DNA of 64,000 nucleotides from Chlamydiia bacterium (GTDB lineage Bacteria; Chlamydiota; Chlamydiia; Chlamydiales; Rhabdochlamydiaceae): NCBI GenBank assembly GCA_963804085.1, contig CAWDOQ010000002.1, positions 288,001 to 352,000 of the forward strand, read 5' to 3'. Shown piece by piece: positions 60,413 to 64,000 of this stretch (position 1 is its first letter; each line of letters starts with the position of its first letter). The notes under the pieces were generated by a model. It saw only the letters and a program-made list of their open reading frames with translations, ran no database searches and was not told where the DNA came from. The position numbers and the translations under genes were made by a program.

Positions 60413-60834
60413 CTGCCATCGCCCTAAATGACAAAAAACAAGATTTATCTCCACCGGCTGTTCCTACCCCACCAGAACAGATCACATCTACTGAATCACT
60501 CATCGAGAAATTAAAAAGTCTAAACCAGCAAGCGCAAGCAAGCTTAGAAGTAGCTAACAATACCCTAGCAAAGCTAAACGCCGTTGAAATAGACATTTCG
60601 GAACAACTCGATGGACTTGGAGATGCAATCAAAAGTGAAATCGAAACGTCCAGAGAAACTTGGAAACAGGGCGATGAAAAAACAAAACAAGGTGTCGATA
60701 GAGTCGCCCTCACACAAACTATTACCAACCGCCACGTGGAAATTCAAAATGCCGACAGAGACAAATGCCAGTGCCTTATCATCACAATCCTCGCCCTAAT
60801 CGTCTTAGCCTTGCTCGCAATCGCCTTCCTTTAG
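60409..60834 (+). CDS. SNARE-like tail-anchored coiled-coil protein
   Basis: Coiled coil then RDKCQCLIITILALIVLALLAIAFL*. Confidence 0.65.
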   Translation: MTAIALNDKKQDLSPPAVPTPPEQITSTESLIEKLKSLNQQAQASLEVANNTLAKLNAVEIDISEQLDGLGDAIKSEIETSRETWKQGDEKTKQGVDRVALTQTITNRHVEIQNADRDKCQCLIITILALIVLALLAIAFL

Positions 60835-61187
60835 AGCCCCTTGCAAAATTCCAAAAAATACACTCCTTTGGTTTTTCCACTTGCCCAAATACAGTTCAAC
60901 TCACACAAGTGAAAGTTCGCCGATTTTTGAAATTTAAGCCCTTTCTTTGTGATCTTGTTGAATTGCACTCGCAGTAGAACCAAATTGCTGACCTGTCACA
61001 ATGATCAGATTCTTTCTATTTAACGTTGTTCCCAACCTTGGCTCCGCATTTGTGATACCGTGATTTTGTATAGTATTACAGCTCAGGCTTGACCGATCCT
61101 TTTGTTTAGATCAGGTCATTTTCCGCGACGATCGCCTGGAAAATTTTCAATATAGCTAAGCGAGAGTTGTGTGCTTATCCGAGAGGT

Positions 61188-62363
61188 TTAACTTGAATAG
61201 CCCAGAAGATTACGCGCTCCCCTTACTAGGGGTTCTATGAAGGTCATAATCATCAGATTCCAGAATAATGCAAAAGTTCGAAATGCCAAGTGGCCAATGT
61301 TTTGAATGGTCCCACAAAATCCACCTTCTCTATTTATAGGCCATATGCTATTTACAAAATCGACAGTCAAACAAAAAGTCTCAACGAACCACTTCCGAAA
61401 TGGCGGTATCGCAGGCATTGCTGATAGGCATGCATCTTCTTTGGCTTGTTGGATCTTCTTGGTTTTTAAAGATGCGTTCTCCTCGCGATATCTGCCATGC
61501 GCTATATCTTCAAAATCTAAAAGTCCTTCTAGAGCAAAAGCACCTACCCACCTTCCCCAAAAAGCATTAATACATTGATCTTTACCGTTCGGCATTCTAA
61601 ATGCGTCTCTTTTTTGTTCTTCTCTAAGCTTAGCATAGCAGGCAAAAATATTAGCTTTGCCTTCTCTAGATTGGCCATCTTCGATCATGATCCGTTTAGC
61701 TCTGCATACAAGATCGGATTCGCTCTTACCACTCGCATTGAATGCAAATTTCATAATTAGCTCATCGTGCGAACATGTCTCTGCTTTACAAAGATCTACC
61801 GTTAAACGTTCGATCATTTTTTTTGAGGTTTCAGAGCACATCGCGCCTGTTACTCGACTTGTGAACTCCGCAAAAATACAATTTAAATCCGCATGGCGTG
61901 CTGAAATTGCAGCATCTCTCGTAATTTGCCGTGAATTTTCTACCAATTGCCTTAAGCCATTATCCTGTAACATATTCATTCTGTATAAATACCGATCCTC
62001 GAATGTCTCCTGCTCTTCATTCCGAGATATAGCCACATCAACAATAGGTTCTTGTTTTAAGACTTCGATTCTTTCCTTTAGCCTCTCTAAAGAAGTAGAC
62101 AGCCGGCTGAATGTTTCTACTTGGATCGGCATTCTCGCTCTTACTTTCTCCATAAAAGACGGCTCAGAAAAATTAAGAACAGCGTCCGCTAGCATCCTAT
62201 CTACAGGCCATTCCTGCCACATTGCTTCAGATAATGCATCTTTAAAGGCCTTACTTACGCGTGCAAGAGCAACGACATTGGGAGCATTGCTTATATAGCC
62301 GAGAATTTTTCCGCCAAGTACAGGGGGCAAAGAAGACCAGCTGGCTCTTAGTGCTTGTGTCAT
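61188..62363 (-). CDS. F-box-like protein
   Basis: WSSLPPVLGGKILGYI....VVALARVSKAF; likely start MTQALR; C-terminal hydrophobic helix. Confidence 0.65.
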   Translation of the reverse strand: MTQALRASWSSLPPVLGGKILGYISNAPNVVALARVSKAFKDALSEAMWQEWPVDRMLADAVLNFSEPSFMEKVRARMPIQVETFSRLSTSLERLKERIEVLKQEPIVDVAISRNEEQETFEDRYLYRMNMLQDNGLRQLVENSRQITRDAAISARHADLNCIFAEFTSRVTGAMCSETSKKMIERLTVDLCKAETCSHDELIMKFAFNASGKSESDLVCRAKRIMIEDGQSREGKANIFACYAKLREEQKRDAFRMPNGKDQCINAFWGRWVGAFALEGLLDFEDIAHGRYREENASLKTKKIQQAKEDACLSAMPAIPPFRKWFVETFCLTVDFVNSIWPINREGGFCGTIQNIGHLAFRTFALFWNLMIMTFIEPLVRGARNLLGYSS

Positions 62364-63089
62364 AATGGTTAAAATTTTAATCAAATTTACAGATATAAAT
62401 AGTAGCATATTCCGCATATTTATTAACTTTAATTATATTTTACAATAACAATTAAAAAGTTAATTTGATGTATTTATAATTTCGTTTTAACAAATGCCTG
62501 GTCATAAAAAATTAATTACAATCGTGCGCTTGCTTATGGAAAGGCGACCGATGAAATCGAAGGTGTCTATAAGAAAAATCAATCACTTAAAAGGTCACCT
62601 TCTCTTGAGTACCAGTTCACAAATTCTGTGCGAATTACGAGAGTCAAACTTGACTTGCACAAATAGGGAAATGTCCAGGTAACTTCATAAAAGCTACGTG
62701 GATATTTAGATGCTGAATCCTAATAGACAAAACAGCCGGAAAGGATTTTGTTCGATAAGACAATTTACTCCGTCCCCTATCTCGTGCGCTGCGTAAGAGA
62801 TCGTTTCTATAGACTTTTTCACCTCTTTTTCACAAACGCCTTCGAAACACAAGTGTGAAATATCAATACTCACGATCTTTTTCTGCCCCTAACAACGAAA
62901 ATAAATTTTAATAGATAGCGATACAAATTGTTTTGATTTGCATATATTTTATTTCTAATTGACTTAGTTTTGTTGTCGTAGTTATTGTCCTGCGCGCTTA
63001 ACCAAAAGCTTAGCTTTGGCGCAGCGTGAAGCAAGAGAGATAATTCTCTGGTTCACTGAAGTGGAGACAAAAACATAACATCAAGGAGA

Positions 63090-63914
63090 ATGAAAATGAC
63101 ATCGGGTGTAAAAAGCAACAATGGCATGACTATGGAAAATGATGGCGTTCAAGCTTGGGAGTGTGTTTTAACTTATGATGTGATCAAAGAACCTGTGGTA
63201 GATGAGTGTGGTTGTATTTATGAACGAAATATGATTAATGAAGTATTCAAAAGAGCAACTGAGGCAAGAGCTGCGGCAGAGAAGCGTAGAGCAGAGCAAT
63301 TCCTGTTGCCAGGAGATGAACGATTACTTCAGTATGCACCTGGAGAAATACCTTGCCCTAGAACCACGAAACCTATTCATGCAAACCGACTTATTAAAAG
63401 TGAACAAGTTCGCGAACTCTGCAAGCACATTACTACGCCCCAACCAGCGCAACGCCAACCAAGCATGCCAGCAGGTGCTTCTTCCTCTACAGATAAGATA
63501 GAAGCAATGTTTGATTGTTTATTGCAAAAAATGTCTTCTCTCGAAAATAGAATGGGGACCCTCGAATCAGTGATTGCTGTTCAACACAAACAATTAAACA
63601 ATGCATTCAACATTTCAGGCTGTGAAATGGTAAGATTGCTATTGCCAACATCGGTTTGCGGCATACCTCTTGGCGGAATAAACATGAAAGATGTAACGGA
63701 TAAAAATCTTTCTGAACGCGATTTCACTATTTTATATCATCACGAGCTAAATAGCTCATCTTTACCGAGAAAAGAAAGCGATATTGCGTTATCAAAAGAA
63801 GGAAATACTTCCAAGCCAAAGATTGCCGAAAAAGTACAAACTAATCATTCTATGCAGGAAGGTTATGGTATAGGCAGCCTTGACACGAAAGAAAATGACA
63901 AAAAATCCGCTTAA
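63090..63914 (+). CDS. U-box/RING-like E3 ligase domain protein
   Basis: WECVLTYDVIKEPVVDECGCIYERNMI...CPRTTKPI...LI...VRELC; AAGGAG RBS. Confidence 0.75.
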   Translation: MKMTSGVKSNNGMTMENDGVQAWECVLTYDVIKEPVVDECGCIYERNMINEVFKRATEARAAAEKRRAEQFLLPGDERLLQYAPGEIPCPRTTKPIHANRLIKSEQVRELCKHITTPQPAQRQPSMPAGASSSTDKIEAMFDCLLQKMSSLENRMGTLESVIAVQHKQLNNAFNISGCEMVRLLLPTSVCGIPLGGINMKDVTDKNLSERDFTILYHHELNSSSLPRKESDIALSKEGNTSKPKIAEKVQTNHSMQEGYGIGSLDTKENDKKSA

Positions 63915-63928
63915 GTAAAAGGAATTAT

Positions 63929-64000
63929 ATGAGCATGGCCATGGCATCAACGGATGTGATGAGTTTCTCGATTTCATCAAATCCGCCCATTCAATGCACT
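63929..64000 (+). CDS. Start of a hypothetical protein (truncated by the window edge)
   Basis: AAAGGA RBS then MSMAMASTDVMSFSISSNPPIQC, open to the end. Confidence 0.45.
   Translation, partial: MSMAMASTDVMSFSISSNPPIQCT

Noticed and set aside
62494-62890. Small ORFs between the F-box-like and U-box genes
   Set aside because: Short, no recognisable motif or RBS; cannot be supported.

Overview
This window comes from an environmental Chlamydiota genome (Parachlamydiales/Rhabdochlamydia/Simkania-like, inferred from gene order and protein similarity). The conserved core follows Chlamydia trachomatis synteny: grgA-gapA-rplQ-rpoA-rpsK/M-secY, the spc/S10 ribosomal operon, the cap1 position, fmt-lpxA-fabZ-lpxC-lnt, then dac, rsbW-lptE-bamD-dnaE-uhpC. 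Two accessory zones (about 1-13.1 kb next to tRNA-Leu, and about 55-64 kb) carry toxin-antitoxin pairs, an IS3 element cleanly inserted in an ABC exporter, and many eukaryote-like candidate effectors (CaaX-tailed MORN protein, mitochondrial-carrier-like protein, SNARE-like tail-anchored proteins, F-box, U-box, Cys-His-Asp enzyme). The top candidate for a new system is a frameshift-masked F-box gene (43831-44815, minus strand). Its 3' end has the hallmarks of a diversity-generating retroelement (DGR) target: 14 consecutive NNC codons in a CLec-like terminal segment, followed by a GC stem with a GAA tri-loop. No reverse transcriptase or template repeat is visible in the window. Also notable are an orphan NHLP-type RiPP precursor, a ~660-bp nested palindrome, covarying structured repeats behind the tRNA, and several palindromes built from short tandem repeats. 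Many single-base frameshifts, mostly at short homopolymers, probably reflect assembly errors. All protein assignments are from motif recognition by eye; no searches were run.
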